A stretch of 64,000 bases of DNA from Candidatus Multivorans sp. Lineage in GTDB: Bacteria; Acidobacteriota; Thermoanaerobaculia; Multivoradales; Multivoraceae. Position 1 is the first letter of the stretch. Each line of letters starts with the position of its first letter. The notes under the pieces were generated by a model. That model had not been told where the DNA came from, did no database searches, and saw only the letters and a list, made by a program, of their open reading frames with translations. The stretch lies in assembly GCA_965222875.1 (NCBI GenBank), contig CBDCVC010000002.1, forward strand, positions 1,172,723 to 1,236,722. The letters run 5' to 3'. Made by a program: the position numbers and the translations under genes. Shown here piece by piece: positions 28,540 to 37,433 of the stretch.

Positions 28540-29230
28540 GGGGAATGTAGCGTTGCGCGACAGTGTCGTCAAGAGCGACACCCGCGCACCCGTCGGTGAA
28601 TCACCGATGATGTCGCCATCGGTGTGGGCAGGGCCAAAGTGGTACAGCTCGATGCGGTCAATGTGAACCGCCCAAGCGTAGATCCTGCCCGGCAGTCTGC
28701 TTGTGTCCGCGACGAATCCCTTCTTTGCCATCGTTCATGAGGAAGTACGCTCCGGTGATCCAGTCGCCCAAGGTGTTTGCCACCAGGATGTCGATGTCGC
28801 CGTCGCCGTCGATGTCGCCGACCGCGGCGTTATGCGTGTAGCCCGTCGGATCGGGTGGGAGCCGGTCGGTTGCGTCCACGTAGCCAGCTGCGGTCCACAG
28901 CAGCTATTGGTTGTGCCAGCCGGGGAACGGGGGTCTGTCGTAGCCATGGTCGGCGATGAAGAAGTCCTTTCTGCCGTCGCCGTTGAAATCGTCCATCAGG
29001 ACTTCGCGTTGAGCTATGCCGCGGGGGCGGTCCCCGGCAGCGACCTCGAAGGTGAAGTCCCCGTTGTTGATGAGGACGATCCCGTCCGCCGGACTAAGCG
29101 CGATGTCCGACGGCGCTAACAGCACGTCGTCGTCGCCGTCGTCGTCGAAGTCGGCCGCGAAGGGAAGCAGATGGACATCGTCGTAAACGACATCAGCGAT
29201 CCAGACGACCCCCTCGTCGGCTATGGACCC
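28540..29230 (-). pseudogene. Degraded FG-GAP/VCBS-repeat protein fused to an MBL-fold hydrolase fragment
   Basis: DFDDDGDDDVLL, DFNGDGRKDFFIAD and GDIDGDGDIDILVAN repeats; in-frame TAG at 28904-28906; frameshift near 28725; then RIELYHFGPAHTDGDII. Confidence 0.75.
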
Positions 29231-29476
29231 GGGCGCTCGCTCTCCGACAATCCAGGTTGCTGGGCGGCGCCGAGGCCAACCACGGCGATTAGGGCAACCG
29301 CACTGCCCGACCGTCGAAGCAGGCTGCTCGAGTAGAGCCGAGTCACCGTGGCTCAGACCTTACTAGCTCTGCGCTACAGCGTCGCGGCTGGGCGTCGTCG
29401 CGCGAGGGGCCCATAGTAGTCTGAGTGAGGTCGTTGGTGCAGAATCGGCCCGGATCCGGAAAGAGGAGGGGAGCAT

Positions 29477-30547
29477 ATGAAGACCACACACCTGAGGCTT
29501 GTCATTGCATGCACACTGCTGATTGGCGCTTGCGCGACCGCCCCGGAGGACGCGACTGAGCCGGCAACGGACACGGAAACAACGGCATCCTCGCCGGAAC
29601 CCGCGCCGAGCTACTCTCCCGGATCGCGCGATCTGTCCCAGGCGGACATCGAGCGCCTGATGGAGGAGCTCTCCAATTGGGGTCGCTGGGGCGACGACGA
29701 CCAGTTGGGGGCGGCCAACCTGATCACCCGGGAGAAGCGCCTCGAGGCTCTGGCCCTGGCGACGGAGGGCATCTCCGTCTCCCTCGCCCATCGTCTGATC
29801 ACCGAGGAGGCCGTCGATGTGCCGCTGCCGTTCGAGCGCGCGATCCTGGCGCTTCCCGATCCCGACGAGGAGCCCGCGTTTCGCGGCGGCGTCAGCGATC
29901 GCTACGAGATCAGCTACCACGGCTACTCGCACAGCCACATCGACGCGCTGTGCCACATCCTCTACAAGGGGAAGATGTACAACGGCTACTCGCAGGACAC
30001 GGTGACCGAGGAAGGCTGCACGAAGTCTTCGATCTTCAACCTCCGGGGCGGCATCGTGACGAGGGGGATCGTTTTCGACATCCCGCGCCTCAAGGGCGTG
30101 CCGTATCTCGAACCGGGCACGCCGATCTACACCGAGGACCTCGAGGCGTTCGAGGAGATGGCCGGGCTCCGCGTCCGCCCGGGCGACGCCGTCTTCATCC
30201 GCACCGGGCGCTGGGCGCGGCGAGCCGAGCTCGAACCCTGGGCCGTGTCGCAGAACGCGGCTGGCCTCCACGCCTCGACGATGCCCTGGGTGCGCTCCCG
30301 CGACATCTCGTTCATCGGCTCCGATGCTGCGCTCGACGTCGTTCCCTCGCTGGTGGAGGGCGTCGATCTGCCGGTGCACGTCCTCACGATCGTTGCGATG
30401 GGCATCGACATCTTCGACAACCAGGACCTCGAAGCGGTCGCCGAGACGGCCGCCGAGCTGGGTCGCTGGGAGTTCCTGCTCGTGGCGGGGCCGCTGGCCG
30501 TCGAAACCGGCACCGGATCGCCGATCAACGCACTGGCGATTTTCTGA
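29477..30547 (+). CDS. Cyclase family (kynurenine formamidase-like) metallohydrolase, lipoprotein
   Basis: SNWGRWGDDDQLGAANLI, HGYSHSHIDALCH, GDAVFIRTG, GSPINALAIF; lipobox LIGAC. Confidence 0.9.
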   Translation: MKTTHLRLVIACTLLIGACATAPEDATEPATDTETTASSPEPAPSYSPGSRDLSQADIERLMEELSNWGRWGDDDQLGAANLITREKRLEALALATEGISVSLAHRLITEEAVDVPLPFERAILALPDPDEEPAFRGGVSDRYEISYHGYSHSHIDALCHILYKGKMYNGYSQDTVTEEGCTKSSIFNLRGGIVTRGIVFDIPRLKGVPYLEPGTPIYTEDLEAFEEMAGLRVRPGDAVFIRTGRWARRAELEPWAVSQNAAGLHASTMPWVRSRDISFIGSDAALDVVPSLVEGVDLPVHVLTIVAMGIDIFDNQDLEAVAETAAELGRWEFLLVAGPLAVETGTGSPINALAIF

Positions 30548-30581
30548 GACCGTTCGCATTGGAAACACCAAAGGAGCCACG

Positions 30582-31808
30582 ATGATCGATTTCGAGATTC
30601 CAGCCGAGACGAAGGCGGTGCGCGCCAAAGTGCGCGAGTTCGTCCAGACCGAGTGCATCCCGGCCGAAGAAAGATGCACTCCCGAGAACTTCGACGAGGT
30701 GCTGGCCGAGCTCCGCACGAAGGCGAGGTCGCAGGGGCTGTGGTGCCCCTTCATCCCGGAGGAGCACGGCGGCATGGGTCTGAGGCCGCTGGCCAATGCG
30801 CTGGTCCAGATGGAACTCGGCGAGAGCTTCCTCGGAGCGCTCTCCCTCAACACGCAGGGTCCCGACGACGCGACCATGCTGACGCTGCTCGAAAACGGCA
30901 CCGAGGACCAGAAGGAGCGCTTCCTGAAGCCGCTGCTGGCGGGCGAGAAGCGCATCTGCTACTCGATGACCGAGCGAGCCGCCGGTGCGGACGCCACGGG
31001 CATGCAGACCTCCGCCGTTCTCGACGGCGACAACTACGTGCTCAACGGTGAGAAGTGGTTCAGTTCCTCCGCGAGCGTTGCCGACGTCGCCCTCGTCATG
31101 GCGAAGACCGATCCCGACGTCGCCCGCCACCGGCAGTTCTCGACCTTCCTCGTCGAGCTGCCGAACCCCGGCTACAGGATCATCCGCAACATCGAGACGA
31201 TGCAGCCGCACACCGATCTCGGCCTGAAGCTCGGGTCCTCGCACTCGGAGATCCGCATCGAGAACCTCATCGTCCCGAAGGAGAACCTCCTCGGTGGCCG
31301 CGGCCAGGGCTTCGCGATGGGCCAGCACCGCCTCGCCTACGGCCGGCTGCGTCACGGCATGCACAACGTGGCGATGGCGCAGCGCGCCCTCGATCTCGCC
31401 GTCGGGCACACCGTGAAGCGGGTGACGTTCGGCAAGCGCCTCGCCGACCGCCAGGGGGTTCGCTGGATGCTCGCCGACTGCGCCGCCGAACTCTACAAGG
31501 CCCGACTCATGCTGCTACACATCGCCTACAGAGCGGAGAAAGGCATGGACCTGCGCAACGAGAACGGCATCGCCAAGGTCTTCCTCGCCAACATGGTGCA
31601 CCAGGTGGTCGACACCGCGATCCAGCTCCACGGCGCCCTGGGCTACAGCATGGACACGCCGCTGGCCCGCTGGTATCGCGGCATCCGCGCGCAGCGTCTG
31701 GTCGATGGGCCGGACGAGGTCCATCGCTGGCGCACCGGCAAGAACGTCGTGCAGGCGTTCGAGGCGCACGGCACCTGCGCTTCCGCCTGCGGCGGCGATC
31801 TCCTTTGA
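30582..31808 (+). CDS. Acyl-CoA dehydrogenase
   Basis: ICYSMTERAAGADA, YVLNGEKWFSS, GQHRLAYGRLRH, AIQLHGALG, RLVDGPDEVH; RBS AAGGAG. Confidence 0.93.
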   Translation: MIDFEIPAETKAVRAKVREFVQTECIPAEERCTPENFDEVLAELRTKARSQGLWCPFIPEEHGGMGLRPLANALVQMELGESFLGALSLNTQGPDDATMLTLLENGTEDQKERFLKPLLAGEKRICYSMTERAAGADATGMQTSAVLDGDNYVLNGEKWFSSSASVADVALVMAKTDPDVARHRQFSTFLVELPNPGYRIIRNIETMQPHTDLGLKLGSSHSEIRIENLIVPKENLLGGRGQGFAMGQHRLAYGRLRHGMHNVAMAQRALDLAVGHTVKRVTFGKRLADRQGVRWMLADCAAELYKARLMLLHIAYRAEKGMDLRNENGIAKVFLANMVHQVVDTAIQLHGALGYSMDTPLARWYRGIRAQRLVDGPDEVHRWRTGKNVVQAFEAHGTCASACGGDLL

Positions 31809-31849
31809 GTCATGTCGCGCTCTCCGGCGGCGGCCGCGGCTGCCGCGGC

Positions 31850-31903
31850 GCGGCCGTCCTCGTCACGTTGGACGTCGGCGGGATAGTTGTAAACGTCAGG
31901 CAT
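31850..31903 (-). pseudogene. 18-codon HicB-like antitoxin remnant
   Basis: MPDVYNYPADVQRDEDGR closely matches the start of 34547-34795 and then degenerates. Confidence 0.7.
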
Positions 31904-31943
31904 CAACTGCCGACAAGCAGGGCGCCGCGGCGATCGGGTTGTC

Positions 31944-32198
31944 TCATTCTTCCAGCCGGTCTTCGGGATCTGGAGCTTGGCCGCCCGATCTGCGCAACAG
32001 CCGCCGCGCCGCTTCGATGTCAGCCCGAGACGCGCGCCCCGTGAAGAACTCGGCAGTCCGCATCGCCGAGACTTTCTCGGCCACCGCCGTCGTCACGAAC
32101 TGGTTGATGCTCGTGCCGTCGGCTTGGCTGATCTCGGCGACCGCCGTCTTCAACGACGTAGGTAGCCGCAACGGATAGGTACTAAGCTGTTTCTTCAT
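31944..32198 (-). CDS. Ribbon-helix-helix antitoxin (partner of PIN toxin)
   Basis: MKKQLSTYPLRLPTSLK.AVAEISQADGTSINQFVTTAVAEKVSAM; overlaps the PIN gene stop (ATGA). Confidence 0.85.
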   Translation of the reverse strand: MKKQLSTYPLRLPTSLKTAVAEISQADGTSINQFVTTAVAEKVSAMRTAEFFTGRASRADIEAARRLLRRSGGQAPDPEDRLEE

Positions 32199-32620
32199 GA
32201 CGACAGTCTCCTCAGGGCCTCTTGGGGTGACAGCAGCGCGATGCCGAAGCGCTCGGGCGCCAAGCCGAAGTCCTTCCGATTGAACGTCACCAGAGCGTCG
32301 GCCCTGCCGTTGATGGCGGTTTCGAGCACAATCTCGTCGGCCGGATCGTGCAACTGTGGACGCCACAGAAACCGGGTTTCAACGGGCGCCGCAACGGCGC
32401 AAAGCGCCGAGACGATGATCCCGACCTCCGTCTCGCTCAGGCCCGACACGATCCGTTGGGCCGGATCCCGGCAGACCGCCTCGTACTCCAGCGCTAGAGG
32501 AACGGACAGCACCAACACGAACGTCGCGTTCAAGGCGTGGTCGATCAACGCCGCAGACGCGCCGGTCGGACTCCGCAGGCCGGCAACAATGACATTGGTG
32601 TCCAGAACAAGCCGTATCAC
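32195..32620 (-). CDS. PIN-domain toxin
   Basis: RLVLDTNVIVAG...LEYE...DPADEIVLETAINGRADALVTFN.KDF; GTG start at 32620. Confidence 0.9.
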   Translation of the reverse strand: MIRLVLDTNVIVAGLRSPTGASAALIDHALNATFVLVLSVPLALEYEAVCRDPAQRIVSGLSETEVGIIVSALCAVAAPVETRFLWRPQLHDPADEIVLETAINGRADALVTFNRKDFGLAPERFGIALLSPQEALRRLSS

Positions 32621-32667
32621 ATGCGATATGGTATCAACACCTTGCGAAGCCGGAACTCCGCTCAAGG

Positions 32668-32875
32668 ATGTGGCGGCCGACCCATCCCGGCGCCACGGTC
32701 TGGCGCCATCCTCTCGGTCCCTTCGACAACCTCTACGGCATGGCTGCCTCTCCGATCCTCGCCGCGGGGAACGTGGTGCTCGTGGTCGACCAGCAGCAGG
32801 GCTCCCATGTCCTGGCCGTGGACTCCGAGTCCGGCGAGCTGGCATGGCGCACCGAGCGGCCGCGCTGCTCGAATC
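32668..32875 (+). pseudogene. Internal fragment of a PQQ-like/BamB-like beta-propeller protein
   Basis: VWRHPLGPFDNLYGMAASPILAAGNVVLVVDQQQGSHVLAVDSESGELAWRTERP with neither terminus. Confidence 0.7.
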
Positions 32876-32906
32876 TAGGGCCGGCGGTAGAATCGCATCC
32901 ACCGCC

Positions 32907-34088
32907 ATGAACGATACGCAGAGCGCAAGCGACTCGGTGACGACGCCGACTCGGGCGGAGCACGCGGCCGGTATGGCGGCGTACAAGGAAGAGGGGCTGC
33001 GCCTCGCCGACGAGATCGGCAACCGGGGGCGGATTCGACTGACCGACGACGGCAGGCTCCATCCAGACATCCTGGCGGCGTACTGGAGGCAGGGGTTCTA
33101 CGTGTTCGAAGGACTCATCGACGGCGACGAGTTGGCCGAACTGCGTCGCGATGCCAACGAGATGCTGGAGCGCGCGCCGGTGGGTCCGGATGCGGACGTG
33201 GATGCGCGAGGGCGCCCGGCGCTGGGGCTCGACTACGCCCGCCGACCGTATCTCTTCACCAAGCCTCTGGCCGATCCCTGGGGCGGTACCGAGCTTCTCG
33301 GTGGACGTCACCCGACGCAGATGACTCAGCCCTTACCCGAACAGGACGCGCCCGCGGACGTGGTCTTCCTCATGAGCTCCATGTGCCGGGCGATGCCCTC
33401 CGGGCTGCGGCTCTACGGCCACCCGCAGCTCCTTGAGATCGCCGCGGCGATCAACGGCGACGACTTCGTGCCCTTCAACGACGCGATCTTCGTCAAGCAG
33501 CCGGGTCTCGGCGGTTCGGTGGCGTGGCACCAGGACGGCGTCACCCACTGGGGTTCTCCGGACTGGGACGAAGGCATCCACGGCTTCAACTTCCAGGTGC
33601 AGCTCTATCCCACGACACCGGCGAGCTGTCTCTGGGTGGCGCCGGGCACGCACAAGCTCGGCAAGATCGACATCGAAGCGCGGGTTCGGGAGAACGGAGG
33701 AAGCGAGCAGCTCCCCGGGGCCCTGCCGCTCGTCTGCGACGCCGGCGACGTCACCATCGTCAACCGCCAGATGCTCCACGGCTCGTTCGCCAACAGCTCG
33801 TCGGAGCTGCGCATCTCGCTCACCTTCGGCTTCCACCGCCGCAAGTCGGTGGAGGGACAGAAGGCCGCGCTCGCCCTCGAACCCGACGACAGCGTCTACG
33901 ACGCCCAGCGCATCTTCGATCGCTCGTCGGTGATCGCCGTGGCGATCGACGCCCGGCGCCAGCACCGGCCCGAGGAGCCGTCGTTCATCTACGAGCCCTT
34001 CGCCGGTCTCGAGGACGACTTCCGCTTCAGCGATGAGACGTTCGAGCGCGTGATCCGCGACTACAATCTGAACGATCTGGCGATCTAG
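32907..34088 (+). CDS. Phytanoyl-CoA dioxygenase (PhyH) family Fe/2OG enzyme
   Basis: GFYVFEG, FVKQPGLGGSVAWHQDG, CLWVAPGTHKLG, LHGSFAN...R. Confidence 0.88.
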   Translation: MNDTQSASDSVTTPTRAEHAAGMAAYKEEGLRLADEIGNRGRIRLTDDGRLHPDILAAYWRQGFYVFEGLIDGDELAELRRDANEMLERAPVGPDADVDARGRPALGLDYARRPYLFTKPLADPWGGTELLGGRHPTQMTQPLPEQDAPADVVFLMSSMCRAMPSGLRLYGHPQLLEIAAAINGDDFVPFNDAIFVKQPGLGGSVAWHQDGVTHWGSPDWDEGIHGFNFQVQLYPTTPASCLWVAPGTHKLGKIDIEARVRENGGSEQLPGALPLVCDAGDVTIVNRQMLHGSFANSSSELRISLTFGFHRRKSVEGQKAALALEPDDSVYDAQRIFDRSSVIAVAIDARRQHRPEEPSFIYEPFAGLEDDFRFSDETFERVIRDYNLNDLAI

Positions 34089-34100
34089 AGGGAGGAAACG

Positions 34101-34541
34101 ATGTCCAAGGCGACCGTGATTCGCGTTGTGGGATGCGTGCTGCTGCTAGGCGGCGTAGTACTCATGGTGGGAACGGGCTACGTTGCCGTATCACTGGGAG
34201 TCGGAAGCCCCGTGCCGGAAATCGGTGCGAGCGATCCGGCGGCCATGGAGTTCTTCCGGCAGCTCACTTTCATTCGCATGTTTGCAGTGGCCGCAATCGG
34301 TTTCTCGGCCATCTGCTTCTGGGGTGGAAGTCAGCTCACGTCGACTCAGCAGACTTCCTTGCTGAGGCTGCTGGTCGGCGTGTTCGCGGCGATGAGCGCG
34401 ATGGCCGTCGGGCAGCAGGTCGCCATTTGGAATCGTGGAACTGGATGGGCCCTCGCGGGAGTCTTGTGTGCGCTGCTGCTCACCTGCCTTGCCGCTGTCG
34501 TTTACGAAACGACCACGAGCCGCCGTCTAGCAAGCGCCTGA
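34101..34541 (+). CDS. Hypothetical membrane protein (about 4 TM)
   Basis: RBS GGAGG, four hydrophobic stretches, no family recognised. Confidence 0.7.
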   Translation: MSKATVIRVVGCVLLLGGVVLMVGTGYVAVSLGVGSPVPEIGASDPAAMEFFRQLTFIRMFAVAAIGFSAICFWGGSQLTSTQQTSLLRLLVGVFAAMSAMAVGQQVAIWNRGTGWALAGVLCALLLTCLAAVVYETTTSRRLASA

Positions 34542-34546
34542 ACCAG

Positions 34547-34795
34547 TCAGCGATACGAGCGGACCGGCGGGACGACCATGGGCCGCTGCTCGCCGGTGGG
34601 CGACGGTTCGGGAAGATCGCCGCCTTCGCGTATCGTGGTGGCGATCAACTCTCGCAGCAGATTCCTGGCTTCGGCCAGCGCCTCCTCTCTCGTCGCGCCG
34701 TCTGTGGCGCCCCAGCCGAAGTCCGGAAACGCGACGACATGACGGCCGTCCTCGTCGCGCCGGATGTCGGCGGGGTAGTTGTAACCGTCAGGCAT
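34547..34795 (-). CDS. hicB: HicB-family antitoxin, orphan and probably C-terminally truncated
   Basis: YPADIRRDEDGRHVVAFPDFGWGATDGATREEALAEAR; no HTH/RHH domain and no adjacent upstream hicA. Confidence 0.75.
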   Translation of the reverse strand: MPDGYNYPADIRRDEDGRHVVAFPDFGWGATDGATREEALAEARNLLRELIATTIREGGDLPEPSPTGEQRPMVVPPVRSYR

Positions 34796-34914
34796 CGGGT
34801 TCTCCTAGGCTAGACCGGCGCATTCGGGGTAGCCGCCCGCCCTGGACCGCTATCGGAGTAGGCGTGGGTATGCGAGTTCCCGCACAGGCTGCGGTGCTAC
34901 GCTACAGCAGGACG

Positions 34915-35118
34915 ATGAAGCTGCAGGTCGTGATTCACGAGGCCGAAGAGGGCGGGTACTGGGCGGAAGTGCCGTCGATCCCGGGGTGCGCCACCCAGGG
35001 AGATTCCTTTGAGGAACTGCTGACCAACCTCTACGAAGCGGTCGAGGGCTGCCTCTCCGTGCAGATCGCCGAAGTCCCCGTCTCCGAGACGGACCGGGTC
35101 ATCGAAATCGCTGTGTGA
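34915..35118 (+). CDS. hicB: HicB-family antitoxin (short form)
   Basis: MKLQVVIHEAEEGGYWAEVPSIPGCATQGDSFEEL..NL.EA.EG.L. Confidence 0.92.
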   Translation: MKLQVVIHEAEEGGYWAEVPSIPGCATQGDSFEELLTNLYEAVEGCLSVQIAEVPVSETDRVIEIAV

Positions 35119-35318
35119 AGGCTCTCACCGGCAAGCAGTTCTGCTCGCTGCTCCAATCGCGAGGATGGCAGTTGAAGCGGATCCGAGGCAGCCATCACAT
35201 CTTCGTCAAGCCAGGCATCGCGGTTCGTATCTCAGTCCCAGTCCATCGGGGCACACTGAAGGGCGGCCTTCAACGGCACCTGATGAAGCTCGCCCAGATC
35301 AAGGGCTCGGAGTTGTAG
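35115..35318 (+). CDS. hicA: HicA-family toxin
   Basis: L.SRGWQLKRIRGSHHIFVKPG...ISVPVH; GTGA overlap with hicB. Confidence 0.92.
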   Translation: MKALTGKQFCSLLQSRGWQLKRIRGSHHIFVKPGIAVRISVPVHRGTLKGGLQRHLMKLAQIKGSEL

Positions 35319-35372
35319 GGCCCCGATCCAGCGCAACTGAGAGGCGTCGCCAGCGTCGTGGCCCGTCCCCCT

Positions 35373-35500
35373 TCAGCGGTTCGCCTCGACCACCTCGCCC
35401 GGCTTGAGGAAGCGATCCTCCGGTCCGCGAGTTGCGGCCGCTCCGGCTGCCGTGCCGCCTGAGGTGCCGTTGTTGATGACGTCGCCCGGGTAAAGGGGAC
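35373..35500 (-). pseudogene. Fumarylacetoacetate hydrolase family C-terminal fragment
   Basis: PLYPGDVINNGTSGGTAAG...RFLKPGEVVEA matches the FAH GDVI.TGT.G motif region; no start and an early stop. Confidence 0.65.
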
Positions 35501-35559
35501 GACGGGTCTGTGCGATGGAGCGACGAGTCTAGCTCCCCGCGCACACCGCAATTGGTCCG

Positions 35560-36387
35560 TCAGGTTCCGGGTGATCGACCGGAAACCAGGATGGAGAACT
35601 GTCGATCCGGGTCGTTCTGGAGAACGGGTCGGTAGCCGCCGGCACTCTCGTCGGGCTCCATACGGCGGGCCCCGTCGGGGGCGAGCTGAACGATGTAGGC
35701 CTTACGGACCTCGGAGGTGAGATTCGGCCCGGTGGCATGCGGAGTGAGTGAGGAGAAGACCACGATGCTGCCTGCTCTTGCCGGTGCGGCGAGCCCTTCG
35801 GAACCCTCTTCCGCACAGCAGTAGCCGAGATCGGTGGTCCAGTGCTCGAGAGTGCCCTGGCGATGCAGTCCTGGAAGCACCTGGGGGCACCCGTTGCTGG
35901 GGTTGGCGTCGGTCAGTGCGATCCAGCAAGTGAGATAGCTCTGGGGTTCGAGGAACCCGTAGCCGTTGTCCTGATGCCAGGGAAAGGGGGCGGGAACGCT
36001 CGGCTTCTTGTAGACCGCCTGGTCCCAGTAGAGCCGAACGTCGGGGCCCACCAGGTCCCATGCGAGATCGCGAAAGAGAGGGCCGGCACAGAAGTCGCGG
36101 AGAAAAGTCGAGCGCTGCACCAGGTGGACGGTGAAGGTGATCTCGTCGGCGCGAGCGATGAAGCGACGCCCCTGCGGCTGCTTGCGCAGCCACGCTTCGG
36201 CCTCGGCCTCCCAGGGGTCGATCTCGGCGATCAAGCGCTCGAGCGTGGAAGGCTCGACAGCGTTCTCGAGCACGAAGAAGCCCTGCTCGCTCCATTGGCG
36301 GGCCTGCGCCGAAGAGATGCGCCGGTAGGGGCCGCCTCTGGGCTCCCAGCGAAAGCCCTGGTTGAGCGGATGGAGCTTCGGCGTCAT
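35560..36387 (-). CDS. Phytanoyl-CoA dioxygenase (PhyH) family protein
   Basis: QGFFVLEN, YWDQAVYKKP..P..WHQDNGY, CWIALTDA...NGCPQVLPGLH, PHATGPN. Confidence 0.9.
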   Translation of the reverse strand: MTPKLHPLNQGFRWEPRGGPYRRISSAQARQWSEQGFFVLENAVEPSTLERLIAEIDPWEAEAEAWLRKQPQGRRFIARADEITFTVHLVQRSTFLRDFCAGPLFRDLAWDLVGPDVRLYWDQAVYKKPSVPAPFPWHQDNGYGFLEPQSYLTCWIALTDANPSNGCPQVLPGLHRQGTLEHWTTDLGYCCAEEGSEGLAAPARAGSIVVFSSLTPHATGPNLTSEVRKAYIVQLAPDGARRMEPDESAGGYRPVLQNDPDRQFSILVSGRSPGT

Positions 36388-37433
36388 GCCTGATCGGCAA
36401 CTGACTGGTCCGGCACGGCGGCCACGATCAACCCCCCGATCGGCGTGCCGCGCCCGGACTCCCTTCCGAGCGACTCGAAGCTCTCCACTTCCAGGCCGCG
36501 GCCTTCGAAGAAGTCCAGCGCCTGCTGACGCGCGGGTGCGGCGGTCGAGATGCCGAAGTGCATGTTCTCGCCGTAGAACGACTTCAAGGCGTACTTCATG
36601 TAGGTCCCCATCACGGCGTAAGGCTTCCGGCCGAACACGAGTTCCCGGCTGAAGAAGTCGAAGGCGATGCGAGAGCCGGGCGCGAATCCGGCGACTTCGG
36701 CCAGCGTCTTGTCGACCGCCGCGTCGTCGAGGTACATCGTGACGCCTTCCCAGAGGATGAAGGTCGGCTCGTCCGGATCGAAGCCGTGCTCCTTCAGGGA
36801 ATCCAGCCAGGACTGCTGGTTGAAGTCGGTCGGTGCGAACGTCACGTGGGAGTGTTCGACGCCGGCTGCTCGCAGGGCCTGAACCTTGACCTGCTGCGTG
36901 GGCGGCTCGTCGACCTCGAAGAGCTTCAGTCCTGCGTCGCCCGCACGTGCGGCCAACGCCCGCAGGTCGGCGCCCTCGGACAACGGACCGTACGACCGCG
37001 TGTCCCACCCCGCGCCCAGGAAGACGAACTGACGGATCGGGCTGTTTGCTTCGGCCGCGGCCGCCATGGCGGTGTCGAAGAAGTGGGTGCGATGGCTGAT
37101 GAAGGTCATCAACGTCGACGGCCGCGGCCCCGGATAGGCGAAGAACGATCCCCGGAAGCCGCTCCAACGCGCCGCCAGAGCCACGGTCTTCATCAGCAGC
37201 CGCATGATCAGGGGCGACAGCGCCGGCAGGTGCGCGGCGATGCGTTCCGCGACAGGGTCACTCCGGTTCCCGATCATCTGAAGCATCAAGCGGGCCATGT
37301 AGGGCTCGTACGCGGTGCCGGAGATGCCCCGCGGCATGTTCACGAAACGGACCTTGAAGGCAAAGGCCAGCGTTCCGATGAGCTGGAGGGGCGAGAAGAA
37401 GACCTCCAGGAGGGCGAAGAGGAGGGCTTTCAC
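36384..37433 (-). CDS. Class I SAM-dependent methyltransferase (LCM/Rv0731c-like)
   Basis: RTHFFD, QFVFLGAGWDTRSY, LFEVDEP.TQ..K, WEGVTMYL. Confidence 0.88.
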   Translation of the reverse strand: MKALLFALLEVFFSPLQLIGTLAFAFKVRFVNMPRGISGTAYEPYMARLMLQMIGNRSDPVAERIAAHLPALSPLIMRLLMKTVALAARWSGFRGSFFAYPGPRPSTLMTFISHRTHFFDTAMAAAAEANSPIRQFVFLGAGWDTRSYGPLSEGADLRALAARAGDAGLKLFEVDEPPTQQVKVQALRAAGVEHSHVTFAPTDFNQQSWLDSLKEHGFDPDEPTFILWEGVTMYLDDAAVDKTLAEVAGFAPGSRIAFDFFSRELVFGRKPYAVMGTYMKYALKSFYGENMHFGISTAAPARQQALDFFEGRGLEVESFESLGRESGRGTPIGGLIVAAVPDQSVADQA

